Shown here: positions 1 to 9,683 of the stretch, in pieces
How the letters are laid out: every line of letters starts with the position of its first letter
Numbering within the stretch: position 1 is the stretch's first letter
IMG/VR virus record: IMGVR_UViG_3300043446_004967
Location: 32,001-96,000 of that record
DNA length: 64,000 bases
Strand: one strand, 5' to 3'
Origin: a virus
Program-made: the position numbers and the translations under genes
Notes under the pieces: model-generated
Databases searched by the model: none
Seen by the model: the letters and a program-made list of their open reading frames with translations, nothing else
Told to the model about the DNA's origin: nothing

Positions 1-664
1 CCTTCTGAAGGCGCTGCCGAAAGTTATCGCAGCACAAGAGAGGGCTATACGGAGGATTATAGAAAGCCACGCCGCCCTTCAGTGTTCCTCGTTTAGCTGG
101 CCGGACGCGCTCCGCCGCCAAGGGTTTACGCAAGACAAGCTTACCGCTCCTCTCGAATATGGCGCGGTCCCTACTCTAGGCCCCTTGGCGCACTTGGCAA
201 AGCGCGTTAAGGGTAACAGGGCCTTACAAGAGGTTCTACAGAACGGGATCGTCTCCGAGGAGGACGAGGCCCAGCTATTTCTGCTGTATAAGGAGGGGGA
301 AGACGGGCGGCAACGCTCCCTAGACGCGGAACTCGCTATGACTCTACACCATCTGTCAGCAATAGTCCGGCAGGAGCTCTCCCCGCATAGTCAGGTCCGG
401 TTGCTGGCGCTGAAAAAGCTCTTGAGCTCGGACAACTCCGAGCTTTGTCAATTGAAAAGAGGGATCGTTGGTATCCGTAACGACTGGTTGCGGCGGATAA
501 GCGCAGGCGTGTTGCGGAAAGCGGAGGCCATCAGCCTTTACGCCGGAATACCCGACGGCATCTGCTGGGGCAGTGGTCCCGTCGCCCAGCTTTACGACAC
601 GAGCCTCCCTTACGTGGATTTCACAGGGTTCACCCTGCCGGGGGATGAACATGAGGGGGACTAA
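1..664 (+). CDS. Hypothetical protein, 5' end outside window
   Basis: The frame of ORF 185..664 is open from position 2. Confidence 0.6.
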   Translation, partial: LLKALPKVIAAQERAIRRIIESHAALQCSSFSWPDALRRQGFTQDKLTAPLEYGAVPTLGPLAHLAKRVKGNRALQEVLQNGIVSEEDEAQLFLLYKEGEDGRQRSLDAELAMTLHHLSAIVRQELSPHSQVRLLALKKLLSSDNSELCQLKRGIVGIRNDWLRRISAGVLRKAEAISLYAGIPDGICWGSGPVAQLYDTSLPYVDFTGFTLPGDEHEGD

Positions 665-1091
665 CTGTCTTGCGCGCATAGAATTTTTGGTAACAACAGG
701 AAAGATTACCGTTCTTGTGCGCGTGTCCAACGAAACTATCAGGCGACGGGCAACTGCCGCGCGTGCCGCTTTTAACGCGCGTAGGCCCCCTAGAGAATAC
801 ACGTCTTGGCGCGCGGCACAGTGGGGCGCACAATGGGATAAAGCGTTGCTCAGGGAATACCCGTTGACAAGGTTCATCCGGCGAACGTACCCTAACGATA
901 CGCTTCATTGGGCAGCGTCTAATGATCCTACTCGCGGCCGGCGGGCCTCCTCCTATTTTTACACAAAAGAAGAATTTATTTGGTGGCGTCATTATGAAAC
1001 TTCTGTGTTACAGCTCGGGGAACCCCGGACCGCTTCAGGTAACGGAACGCCTACGGGAAAATCTTCCGTCGCTGGCGGAACTGGCCGATAA
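651..1091 (+). CDS. Hypothetical basic protein
   Basis: ATG at 651 overlaps the end of the previous gene; no recognisable motif. Confidence 0.4.
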   Translation: MRGTNCLARIEFLVTTGKITVLVRVSNETIRRRATAARAAFNARRPPREYTSWRAAQWGAQWDKALLREYPLTRFIRRTYPNDTLHWAASNDPTRGRRASSYFYTKEEFIWWRHYETSVLQLGEPRTASGNGTPTGKSSVAGGTGR

Positions 1092-1941
1092 GGAAAGTCC
1101 GTATAAAAGCGCCGCACGAGCGGCGTTAAGGGAGGTGATCCCTATCGCCGCCGCCCACAACCACGCGGAAACGCTGTATAACCAGTGGATCGACACGCGG
1201 GAATACGGTCCCGACGACGTGCGACGCGGCGTCGTCCGCGCTATTCGGGAAACAGCCCTCCCGTTAAGCCGTATCTATAGAAAGAAAGCGCGCGCAAAAT
1301 CGCTGGCGGTTCTCCGGAAGTTTACCTTTCTGGAGGACAGGGACGAGTGCGCGGAGGCTGCGGAGGAATTGGGCTACCGCCTTAACAGCTGGCGGGGAGA
1401 TGTAAGCGCCTACGGGGATCTTTTGATAGAAGCTTGGTTTTTATCCCGCCTGTTCGCGCCGGACCTTCGTTCTTACGAACGGGCGACGCTGGAGATGATC
1501 GCGCCCAGATTACCGAATTTTCAGGTACGAGAAGACCTTCGACGGCGTTATGCCAACGCGGATCCCGGCCCAGTCCCTTACGTCGTGTACGACGCGTTGT
1601 TTTCGCAGGCGAGGCTAAAGCTGCCGGAGCTGAAAGACAATGAAGAACTAGCACAATACCTCCTTTATTTGGCTGGGCTCGCCGGGAGCCGCCTGCGGAG
1701 GTGGGATCCTCTTAGGGCGGACGGAAAAGAGGAGTCCGGCGCGGAGGATAATCAAGCCTACAGCTTAAGGGCTACGGTCTGGCTGGAGCTTAACTGCGGA
1801 GTGCGGTATGCTGTACGTCGGCACGCGACAGCGATGGACAAGTTGTACGCACTTCTCAAACTCTGGTGGATGGCAATAGCTCTACGCCGAAGCGCCGCAG
1901 CCGGCGAATACCCCCCCCTCCTCTCTCCGGACTTCCCGTAG
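994..1941 (+). CDS. Hypothetical helical protein
   Basis: Long ORF; likely start MKLLCY at 994. Confidence 0.65.
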   Translation: MKLLCYSSGNPGPLQVTERLRENLPSLAELADKESPYKSAARAALREVIPIAAAHNHAETLYNQWIDTREYGPDDVRRGVVRAIRETALPLSRIYRKKARAKSLAVLRKFTFLEDRDECAEAAEELGYRLNSWRGDVSAYGDLLIEAWFLSRLFAPDLRSYERATLEMIAPRLPNFQVREDLRRRYANADPGPVPYVVYDALFSQARLKLPELKDNEELAQYLLYLAGLAGSRLRRWDPLRADGKEESGAEDNQAYSLRATVWLELNCGVRYAVRRHATAMDKLYALLKLWWMAIALRRSAAAGEYPPLLSPDFP

Positions 1942-2003
1942 GGTAGGACAACCAACCTCAACCGACCGACAAAATTAACAGAACTAGCAACGGAGGCCCC
2001 CTA

Positions 2004-2447
2004 ATGTCCATAGATCATGAAGCCGCCGTGAACACCATGCTTCAAGACGCCCGAGAATTGTTTAAAGACGAGAGATATGACGAAACCCTCGCCGTTTTGG
2101 CCGCGGCTCTTGTGTATGCGGAGAAGCGTCTGCCTACACCAGACACAGTAAGCGCCTACCGGACCCTTATTTACCGCTACTTGGCGGAGGCCGCCTACGC
2201 GCTAGGTAGGGTTAAAGACGCCGTAATCCTGTATAAGATGGCGTTAAACGGGATCGCTAGGTACACCCCCCAACTACGGACTTTTATTGTCACCACGCTT
2301 AGGATGCTCTTAAGTAGTTCCACGGCAGCGGAAGATTGGGATACCGCGGAGGAAGCGCTTGCGAAGCTCCGTCACTTACCGCCGGAGGTTGCCTGCGAGG
2401 GGGCTGACGTGAGCGAGGTAACCCTTCCGGGATCCCGGCTACATTAA
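2004..2447 (+). CDS. TPR-like helical repeat protein
   Basis: GGAGG RBS; 'YRYLAEAAYALGRVKDAVILYKMAL' TPR-like pattern. Confidence 0.6.
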   Translation: MSIDHEAAVNTMLQDARELFKDERYDETLAVLAAALVYAEKRLPTPDTVSAYRTLIYRYLAEAAYALGRVKDAVILYKMALNGIARYTPQLRTFIVTTLRMLLSSSTAAEDWDTAEEALAKLRHLPPEVACEGADVSEVTLPGSRLH

Positions 2448-2544
2448 TGCGGCGGAAGCGAAAACTCCCTTGCTCCCGCCTCGTTTTCTGTGTTACCCTG
2501 TGGTTTGAACTCAGTTCAGGGGTAGTCGCATGACTGCCGGAGGA

Positions 2545-2573
2545 AAGGCCGTCCAATGTGGGCGGCCTTTTTT
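2545..2573 (+). terminator. Intrinsic terminator
   Basis: aaggccgtcc-aatgt-gggcggcctt followed by a T-run. Confidence 0.7.
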
Positions 2574-2587
2574 CTTTTCCTTGTTGC

Positions 2588-2616
2588 TTGACGCACGACA
2601 AGCCTTAGTGTACGGT
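2588..2616 (+). promoter_or_regulatory. Sigma70-like promoter
   Basis: TTGACG-17nt-TACGGT upstream of the 2676 operon. Confidence 0.55.
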
Positions 2617-2675
2617 TAGAGGAGCCGCAGTCTAGGCGGCGTGGAAAAAACAAAAAATCAAGGAATAGAAAGAAA

Positions 2676-3020
2676 ATGTCTAATACGCTCTTTTCAGCGG
2701 ATATTAATTACGACCCGTCTCGGGAAGCGGCGGAGATGGCGCTCCACATGGCGCACCTCGCTTATTTCTCTGACCGTCTTACGGAGGCAAGTCAGCATTT
2801 GATGACGGCGCTGGTCTACAGACTTATGCTATACGGAGGGGCCGCGCAGAAGACGAAAGAGGTTGTCGCGGTTCTCGAAAAATGGTACGAGGAGTACGCG
2901 ACCCCGGGTTCCCAAGTAGCAGAAATGCTGGAGAATGTAAGAAATTATGTAAACAGCGTGCCCGAAAAACCCAAAAAGTTCTATCGCCCCGGCGAGGAGC
3001 AATTATGCAGCGGCTCATAG
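2676..3020 (+). CDS. Hypothetical helical protein
   Basis: ORF with purine-rich RBS. Confidence 0.6.
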   Translation: MSNTLFSADINYDPSREAAEMALHMAHLAYFSDRLTEASQHLMTALVYRLMLYGGAAQKTKEVVAVLEKWYEEYATPGSQVAEMLENVRNYVNSVPEKPKKFYRPGEEQLCSGS

Positions 3021-3211
3021 GCTCTTGGGCTGACTCCTGCCGTGCAATAACGGTGGGGGACATGTTAATTCTTCTGGGCGTACTCGTGGCTACACTGGCA
3101 GCCTTACGCTACGGGATGCGCTGGAGCAAAAATGAGGTTTTCCGTGAGGCGTTACCCTCAATTCTTTTTGTATGGCTCTGCATTGGAGCGTCGTGTGTAG
3201 TGGTGTTCTAG
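3005..3211 (+). CDS. Small membrane protein
   Basis: Two hydrophobic segments. Confidence 0.5.
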   Translation: MQRLIGSWADSCRAITVGDMLILLGVLVATLAALRYGMRWSKNEVFREALPSILFVWLCIGASCVVVF

Positions 3212-3241
3212 TGCAATTGGAAAACATAAGGAGGGAGAAGC

Positions 3242-3685
3242 ATGTTGTTTATTTTTGATCTCGACGGAACATTGGCGGACATACGGCACCGGCGGCATTA
3301 CGTCGAAAGTCCCCCGAAAAGGTGGGCGCAATTCTTTGCAGAATGTACGGAAGACACCCCTAAAAAAGACGTGATCGCCGTGTTGGAGTCGTTGAGACGC
3401 GCGGGAGCTGAAATCCGTATATGGTCCGCGCGCCCCGAAAGCACTGCGGAGGCCACGAAAGCGTGGCTGGCCCGACATATTAAAGGGGGCGACGAACTTC
3501 CTTTACGTCTCCGACAGAAAGGGGACTTCCGCCCTGACGCGGAGATCAAGCAAGAGTGGCTTAGGGAACTTACGCCGGAGGAGCGTGAAAGGCTGCGAGG
3601 GATCTTTGATGACAGAGACATTGTTGTTCAGATGTGGCGCTCGAACGGCGTCACCTGCTTTCAAGTAGATAACTACGAGAACTAG
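3242..3685 (+). CDS. HAD-family phosphatase (PNK 3'-phosphatase-like)
   Basis: FDLDGT motif I, WSAR, FDDR motifs; strong RBS. Confidence 0.85.
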   Translation: MLFIFDLDGTLADIRHRRHYVESPPKRWAQFFAECTEDTPKKDVIAVLESLRRAGAEIRIWSARPESTAEATKAWLARHIKGGDELPLRLRQKGDFRPDAEIKQEWLRELTPEERERLRGIFDDRDIVVQMWRSNGVTCFQVDNYEN

Positions 3686-3698
3686 ATAAGGAGGCCCC

Positions 3699-4511
3699 AT
3701 GCCGGTATATTTAAACGGCACGTTAATTGAAAAGCGGTATTATCCGTGCGGGGAGATCTCAGTGAGACTGGACGACCCCGCCCTTGCCTCACAGGGGAAT
3801 ACCCTGCGGGTCGACTATAAGGACTCTGATGACATCATTCAGATGCTGCTAGTCGCGGACGCAGTACGTAGAGTAGCCCCCGACAGGGCACTCTCTCTTG
3901 TCCTTCCGTACATCCCTTACGGCAGGCAGGATAGAGTCTGCCACCCTGGGGAACCTTTTTCGCTTAAAGTTTTGGCGGATATTATTAACGTCCAGAACTT
4001 TACCGCAGTGTACACGGTAGAACCGCATTCTGTGGCGTCGGCTAACTACATTCACCGCCTTTGCTCAGTAAGCGCGGCGACGTTAATCACCTACGAGGAT
4101 GGGAAAGGCGTGCGCGACCTGATACGGGAGGAAACCCCCGTGCTGCTCTCTCCCGATAAAGGCGGGAGGCAGCGGGTACTTGAGGTGGCGACCGCACTGG
4201 CCCAACACAATATCGTCTGTGCCGCCGCATACGCCGACAAGCGTAGGGAGGACGGGCAGGTAACGTTTACCCACGTGCCGGAAATTTGCGCCGGGAGAAA
4301 TATCTTGGTCATAGACGACATTTGCGACGGCGGGGCAACGTTCCTAAAGTTGGCGGACGCCTTACAAGAGCGCGGAGCGAGGGATCTTTACTTGTATGTG
4401 ACTCACGGATTTTTTACAAAAGGAACCGAGGAGTTACTTAAAAAATACAAAAAGATCTTTTATTACAAAGACTACCAACACATTGCCATATTGGAGCAAA
4501 AAAATGCGTAA
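3699..4511 (+). CDS. PRPS-like protein (likely NARP1 Adps, ADPR-PP synthetase)
   Basis: PYIPYGRQDR, SPDKGG, VIDDICDGGATF, YVTHG motifs; adjacent to NAMPT-like gene. Confidence 0.88.
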   Translation: MPVYLNGTLIEKRYYPCGEISVRLDDPALASQGNTLRVDYKDSDDIIQMLLVADAVRRVAPDRALSLVLPYIPYGRQDRVCHPGEPFSLKVLADIINVQNFTAVYTVEPHSVASANYIHRLCSVSAATLITYEDGKGVRDLIREETPVLLSPDKGGRQRVLEVATALAQHNIVCAAAYADKRREDGQVTFTHVPEICAGRNILVIDDICDGGATFLKLADALQERGARDLYLYVTHGFFTKGTEELLKKYKKIFYYKDYQHIAILEQKNA

Positions 4512-6039
4512 CCCTATGTTTATTACCGACTTTTATAAGATCTCCCACCGAAACATGTACCCGCAAGGTACAGAGGAAGTGTACTCGAACTTGACCCCAA
4601 GGAGCGGTAAGCTCGCTAAGGGCGTTGCAGGCGGTCTGCCGTTCACCGACGGAGTATTTGTCTTCGGGACAGAAAACTTTATACGGGACTACCTTTTAGG
4701 AGAATGGGAGACGGGTTTTTTCCGGCGGCCTTTAGAGGAGGTTTTGGAGGAGTACGTCAGTCTGCTATCTGACACACTCAACGGACCTGTGGAGAGTTCG
4801 CACGTTGCGGAATTGCACGGCCTCGGCTATCTGCCGTTAGAAATTAAAGCGCTCCCCGAGGGCGCGTTCGTGCCGGTACAAGTTCCGATGGTGACGGTAC
4901 GCAACACGTTGCCAAAATTCTACTGGCTGACGAACTACATAGAAACGGCCATGTCCGTTTACTTGTGGAAACCTTCCACAATTGCCACCATCGCCGCAAA
5001 TTACCGCGCGGTTTTGCTCATGTACGGGGAACGCACGACCGCCGACACAAGCTACGTGGACTACCAAGCCCACGATTTTTCATTTCGGGGACTGACGTCT
5101 CTGCGCGACGCGGAGCTGACCGGCGCGGGGCACCTCACAGCGTTTAAGGGGTCTGACTGCGTACCCGCGTTCCAGTTCCTGCACCGGCTCTATGCCGCCC
5201 CCTACGGTGAACTGGGGGGTTCAGTTCCCGCCAGTGAGCACTCCGTTATGTGCGCGGGGGAAGAAGAAGGAGAGTTTGAAACCATCCGCCGGTTGGTTAC
5301 GGAAGTGCATCCGACAGGGACCGTCTCCATTGTCGCGGATACGTGGAATCTGTGGCGTGTGCTTACGGACTATTTGCCGCGTCTGAAAGACGTAATCTTA
5401 GCCAGAGAAGGTAAAGTAGTCATTCGTCCCGACAGCGGAGATCCTGTAAAAATCGTAACGGGAGACCCCGAGGCCGGAGGTGACGGGCCTTACGCGGACG
5501 CGGAGCGTAAAGGAGTGGTACGCGCTCTGTACGATATCTTCGGGGGAACCGTAAACCCGAAAGGCTACAAAGAGCTGGACCCGCATATCGGGGCCATTTA
5601 TGGCGATTCCATCACCGTTTCCCGGGCGCAGGAGATACTGAGCCGTTTAGAAAAAAACGGCTTTGCCGCAAACAATATATATTTTGGGGTCGGGTCGTAC
5701 TCTTACGGGCACATGACCCGAGACACGTTCGGTTTTGCGGTAAAAGCGACCTCCGTTACGATCAACGGAGAGCGGCGTGCCATCCAGAAAGATCCTGTCA
5801 CGGGGGACCGCGAAAAAAAATCCGCTCGGGGTTATCTTGTCGTGGCGTATGACACTCTCGCAGGAAGGTACGTGTTGAGTGACGGCAGACCGTCCCCGGA
5901 AGGCGGGTTTCTGGAGACCATTTTCCTCAACGGGAAGCGCGTCGGGCCCGAGGCCACGTCATCTACGTTCGCCACGATCAGAGCGCGGGTACAGGGTAAG
6001 GCGGCGGAATGGGCAACCCGGTATACGCAGGGGATGTAA
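4504..6039 (+). CDS. NAMPT/NadV-like phosphoribosyltransferase (likely NARP1 Namat)
   Basis: TDFYKISH, HDFSFRG, PASEHSVM, IRPDSGDP, YGDSIT, TRDTFGFAVKAT, KKSARG. Confidence 0.92.
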   Translation: MRNPMFITDFYKISHRNMYPQGTEEVYSNLTPRSGKLAKGVAGGLPFTDGVFVFGTENFIRDYLLGEWETGFFRRPLEEVLEEYVSLLSDTLNGPVESSHVAELHGLGYLPLEIKALPEGAFVPVQVPMVTVRNTLPKFYWLTNYIETAMSVYLWKPSTIATIAANYRAVLLMYGERTTADTSYVDYQAHDFSFRGLTSLRDAELTGAGHLTAFKGSDCVPAFQFLHRLYAAPYGELGGSVPASEHSVMCAGEEEGEFETIRRLVTEVHPTGTVSIVADTWNLWRVLTDYLPRLKDVILAREGKVVIRPDSGDPVKIVTGDPEAGGDGPYADAERKGVVRALYDIFGGTVNPKGYKELDPHIGAIYGDSITVSRAQEILSRLEKNGFAANNIYFGVGSYSYGHMTRDTFGFAVKATSVTINGERRAIQKDPVTGDREKKSARGYLVVAYDTLAGRYVLSDGRPSPEGGFLETIFLNGKRVGPEATSSTFATIRARVQGKAAEWATRYTQGM

Positions 6040-6040
6040 A

Positions 6041-6523
6041 ATGGAATACCTGTATCAAGATATTACTCAAGTTAAGGGACCGTGCGCTATCGCGCACGGC
6101 GTTAACTGCTTAGGGAATATGAACTCCGGCGTAGCACGCGCTCTTTTTGAGCGATGGCCGGAAGTCAAAACGGAATATTTAAAAGTTCACCGGGAAGAAG
6201 GCTGGACGTTGGGGAAAGTACGCCCCGTTAACGTCGGGGACGGGATAACCGTACTCAACTGCGCGACGCAGTTACGCCATAGGCAAGCGGGAGACCCGCC
6301 AAATTACGTGTACGCCGATTGGCGGGCAATCCGTAGCTGTTTAACGGAGGCCGCAAGTTTTTGCAAAAACCAAAGCATTGACACGCTGTATGCCCCGAAG
6401 ATAGGGTGCGGTCTTGGCGGACTCGACTGGCGCAACGTCGAACCCGTTTTTAACCAAGTAGCCGGACGGGCAAAATTGCGTATGGTCGTTTGCCTTACAG
6501 ACACAGGAAGCTCCTCTCGCTAA
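6041..6523 (+). CDS. Macrodomain protein (ADP-ribose binding/hydrolase)
   Basis: IAHGVNCLGNMNSGVA and PKIGCGLGGLDW motifs. Confidence 0.88.
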   Translation: MEYLYQDITQVKGPCAIAHGVNCLGNMNSGVARALFERWPEVKTEYLKVHREEGWTLGKVRPVNVGDGITVLNCATQLRHRQAGDPPNYVYADWRAIRSCLTEAASFCKNQSIDTLYAPKIGCGLGGLDWRNVEPVFNQVAGRAKLRMVVCLTDTGSSSR

Positions 6524-6758
6524 TCTGGCCGCATGGAGGAAAGGGAATGCCCGACGAGATAATCGTAAGCCTGCATTACAAAGATATGGGGGAAAGAGCT
6601 TTTCGGTCTTTTGGACCATAGAGGAAGCCGGCGAACCGAAAGCCGGCGAACCGAAAGCCGCGTGGCCCGGAGACAATAGTGTGGAAATCGCGCTTGACGA
6701 GCGTCACATAAACCGGCTTAGTCAAAAAGCAGATAACCCCGAACAATAGGAAGAAAAA

Positions 6759-7136
6759 ATGTCCGAATCTGCGAATAACGACGCGCTTGTAGTAGCCCTG
6801 AAGGGGTCGCGTACCATGGGTTTTACGCAGGCGTTTGAGTCCGTGACTATCGAAATGCACGAGGAAGGCGCCTTTCGTGTCTGCCTGCCCGTATTTCTGC
6901 TCGCGGATCCCGTCGTTTACGGAAATTTAGAACTTCTTGTGGAGCAGGATTCGGCGCTCTCCGCCGAACTAAGCGAGGCTTTCATAGCAAGAGACGCGAA
7001 TAGGCTTACCGAAGCCCTTCGCCAATGTGCGCTGAGCGGGCCTATGAGAACCTTTCTAGCTTCGGCTATGCAGATCACGAAAAACCACGCTGACCCTTGG
7101 AAAGACACGCGCACTCTTACCCTACAGCCGGTGTAA
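6759..7136 (+). CDS. Hypothetical protein
   Basis: ORF with RBS inside the operon. Confidence 0.55.
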   Translation: MSESANNDALVVALKGSRTMGFTQAFESVTIEMHEEGAFRVCLPVFLLADPVVYGNLELLVEQDSALSAELSEAFIARDANRLTEALRQCALSGPMRTFLASAMQITKNHADPWKDTRTLTLQPV

Positions 7137-7168
7137 GATAAGAGTACCCTATCAGTCTAGGAAACCCC

Positions 7169-7939
7169 ATGAAACTTATCTTAGAGAACATCGGGCCTGT
7201 AAAAAAGGCCGAAATACACCTAAAGGATCTCACGGTCGTGGTGAGCGAAAACCCTTTATGCTCTGCGTTACTGCCTAAGGTCATTGACGCAGTGGCCCGT
7301 ATGGTAGGGCGCACCCCCACGGACTTCTGGGGAGACTCGTTAAAAGAGGTGCTAAAGGGCCTACAAAAAGAATTTTTGTGGGCCACCAAACCGTGGGAAG
7401 ACGGGAGCAGAGAGGGGAGGATAAGGGTTCATAGCGAAGGAAGTCTTGTGCTGGAACTTTCGGTGACTTGTACGACAGTCCTAAACGTAAGGCCGCCGGC
7501 AGAAACAACGGTAGACGACATTCAGGTGGGGGTGCGAGTTGAGGAGGCTATCACACACTCAACGCTTTCTTGTTCTTGTGGTGTCGCACACCCTTACAAC
7601 TTCTTACACTGGGCCAACCACCGTTATCCGGGCAGCCGAATGACGGTCGCAGGCGCTTTAATAGAGAGCGGAGTCCATCCTGTAGACCAACTTGCGCTAG
7701 CTAAGAATGTAGTGGAAACGGCGAGAAACTTTGTATTCGTGTGTGTTACTTCCCACAGCCCCTACATGGTGGAAGCTTTAAAAAGGTATTCCGACCGCGA
7801 AGGAGTGTCCGCTCGTTTCGGGCTGGTGGGGGAAGACGGAATCCTCCGATACGATTGTTTGAGCGACATTTTTGCCGGGTTCGCTCAACCTTTCGATGAA
7901 TTTAGGCGGATGGACGCGGAAGATATGCGTGATGAGTAG
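7169..7939 (+). CDS. Degenerate AAA_15/AAA_21-type ABC ATPase derivative
   Basis: N-term LENIGPVKKAEIHLKDLTVV; C-term ESGVHP and TSHSPYMVEAL; Walker A absent. Confidence 0.7.
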   Translation: MKLILENIGPVKKAEIHLKDLTVVVSENPLCSALLPKVIDAVARMVGRTPTDFWGDSLKEVLKGLQKEFLWATKPWEDGSREGRIRVHSEGSLVLELSVTCTTVLNVRPPAETTVDDIQVGVRVEEAITHSTLSCSCGVAHPYNFLHWANHRYPGSRMTVAGALIESGVHPVDQLALAKNVVETARNFVFVCVTSHSPYMVEALKRYSDREGVSARFGLVGEDGILRYDCLSDIFAGFAQPFDEFRRMDAEDMRDE

Positions 7940-7987
7940 GAGAGGCTCAATACATCAATAACCACTTTACCTCACAGAGTTTTTTAT

Positions 7988-8440
7988 ATGGAAACACAAG
8001 AACGAAGCTATATCACCATTAGTCTGACGTCGAAAGTCTCCGGCGGCAAGAAATTGACGGAGGTGGAAGTCGAGTTCACGACCGTCTTTTACAGCAGACA
8101 CCATGAGTCAGATGACTGGAACAGGGAGTCCCGCGAGAGCTTTACACAGACTATTGACCCTCTCCCTTTTGGCAGAGAGTGGTATCAGATTATTTCCGGC
8201 GCGAAAGAACGAGACACCGAACAAATCATGGACGCCTTACGTAGTTATCTGCATAAAGCGCCGGGAAGGGTAACACATCCGGAGAAGTACATACAGCTGA
8301 CCCAGGTTTGTCGCAGACTAGACTATGACGCTAAGGCTAGCACAGAAAGCCAGTTGCGGCTAGTGTTCTCCGTGCCGCTGACCGCGCAGGAGCAGGAATC
8401 ATGGGATTGCGTCCCAGAAGAAAAAACAGCTAGCGTATAG
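7988..8440 (+). CDS. Hypothetical protein
   Basis: ORF inside the operon. Confidence 0.6.
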   Translation: METQERSYITISLTSKVSGGKKLTEVEVEFTTVFYSRHHESDDWNRESRESFTQTIDPLPFGREWYQIISGAKERDTEQIMDALRSYLHKAPGRVTHPEKYIQLTQVCRRLDYDAKASTESQLRLVFSVPLTAQEQESWDCVPEEKTASV

Positions 8441-8470
8441 CCGTAGTGAGTTTTATGTGAGGGATGTACC

Positions 8471-8830
8471 ATGACTACGCATTGGCTTGAGGCTTACAAA
8501 ACACAAGCGAAGGCTGCCGCCGAACATTATGCGCGCGCAAGTCGCGAGGAAAAAAGAAAGTGCGTTATCGCAGAGATCAAAAAGCTAGCGGAAGGTGAAG
8601 CTAAGAAGCTGTATCCGGGCCGGCGCGTCGCCTGTGCATTTAAAGGAAAAAGCAAATTCTTCCCGTCCGAAGGGCAGTGGATCATCTATCAAGCGGAAGG
8701 TGGGCGGTTCAATATTCATGTTGTCCCGTTGGGGATTGGGCCTGACTATGTAGGCCCTCCCCCGAATCCGTGGGAGGTTTGGGAGGAGGGTGAAATAAAC
8801 AAACTGGAGGAGGTAATATGGACGGAGTAA
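8471..8830 (+). CDS. Hypothetical protein
   Basis: GAGG RBS. Confidence 0.6.
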   Translation: MTTHWLEAYKTQAKAAAEHYARASREEKRKCVIAEIKKLAEGEAKKLYPGRRVACAFKGKSKFFPSEGQWIIYQAEGGRFNIHVVPLGIGPDYVGPPPNPWEVWEEGEINKLEEVIWTE

Positions 8831-8905
8831 TGGGCGCGATGATATGGCGAACCTAAGTTCCACGTCTCCGGTAAGCTCTCAACCTAAAAAGTGTGGATAA
8901 CTCGT

Positions 8906-9370
8906 ATGTCTGTATTTAGACTAAAGGCGACGTTCATTTATTACAAGCCTGTTAGAAGCTTTGATATTGAGGAATATCAGCCGATTATAAAAGATAACCC
9001 CGGAGTTTTTGCTACATGTACCTTTGGTCTAAGGAGGGAATGGCAAAAAATAGCAGATTTTGACGAAAATATAAGGGGGCGGAAGTTTAAGTATAACAAC
9101 ACAGAGTGCATAGCGTTGCGAGCATATTCCCCTTGGTATTGTTGGGGGGGGCGTCATCTGCTTCTTTTTGCGTTTAGCGACCCTAAAGACGGAGCGATAA
9201 AAACAAAAACAAATATTACCAGACCCACCGAAAGAGAGTGCGTTGATTATTTTAATCGGCGACGCGATTTCCTTCTTGGGCAATCTACAGGAATGCTTGA
9301 TTGGCTTGACGCCGATTACGTCAAGAGAATACCCCCGCTTTTAGCAACGCATTCTATAACGTTAGTGTAG
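8906..9370 (+). CDS. Hypothetical protein (lower GC)
   Basis: ORF; start uncertain (8891 or 8906). Confidence 0.55.
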   Translation: MSVFRLKATFIYYKPVRSFDIEEYQPIIKDNPGVFATCTFGLRREWQKIADFDENIRGRKFKYNNTECIALRAYSPWYCWGGRHLLLFAFSDPKDGAIKTKTNITRPTERECVDYFNRRRDFLLGQSTGMLDWLDADYVKRIPPLLATHSITLV

Positions 9371-9389
9371 TCGTAAAAGGAGAGGGCGG

Positions 9390-9480
9390 CGGGGACGGTA
9401 GGATTTGAACCTTCGACGCGGCTGCAACGCCGCGTAACGGTTTAGCAACCCGCCGCCTTAAGCCGCTCGGCCAATTCTCC
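9390..9480 (-). tRNA. tRNA-Ser(GCT), degenerate or chimeric
   Basis: Minus strand: TGGCCGAGCGGCTTAAGGC D-arm, TT-GCT-AA loop, long variable arm, GGTTCAAATCC; 3 acceptor-stem mismatches; no CCA. Confidence 0.7.
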
Positions 9481-9683
9481 CTCTGATAATCCCGCCCTTT
9501 TTTAAGGGGCGGGACCGATCTACCGGATCGAGGGTAATGCTAACAATAGGCGACGACGTCGTCAAGCCTAAAAAACGGGGAGTACGCCATTCCCCCTTAC
9601 AGTGCGCCCTTTCTTCGCGCCTCTAAATAAGGCAAGACTAACCCCCCGTGCCGACGGCTACCGCCGCAACGCTCAGAGCCATG

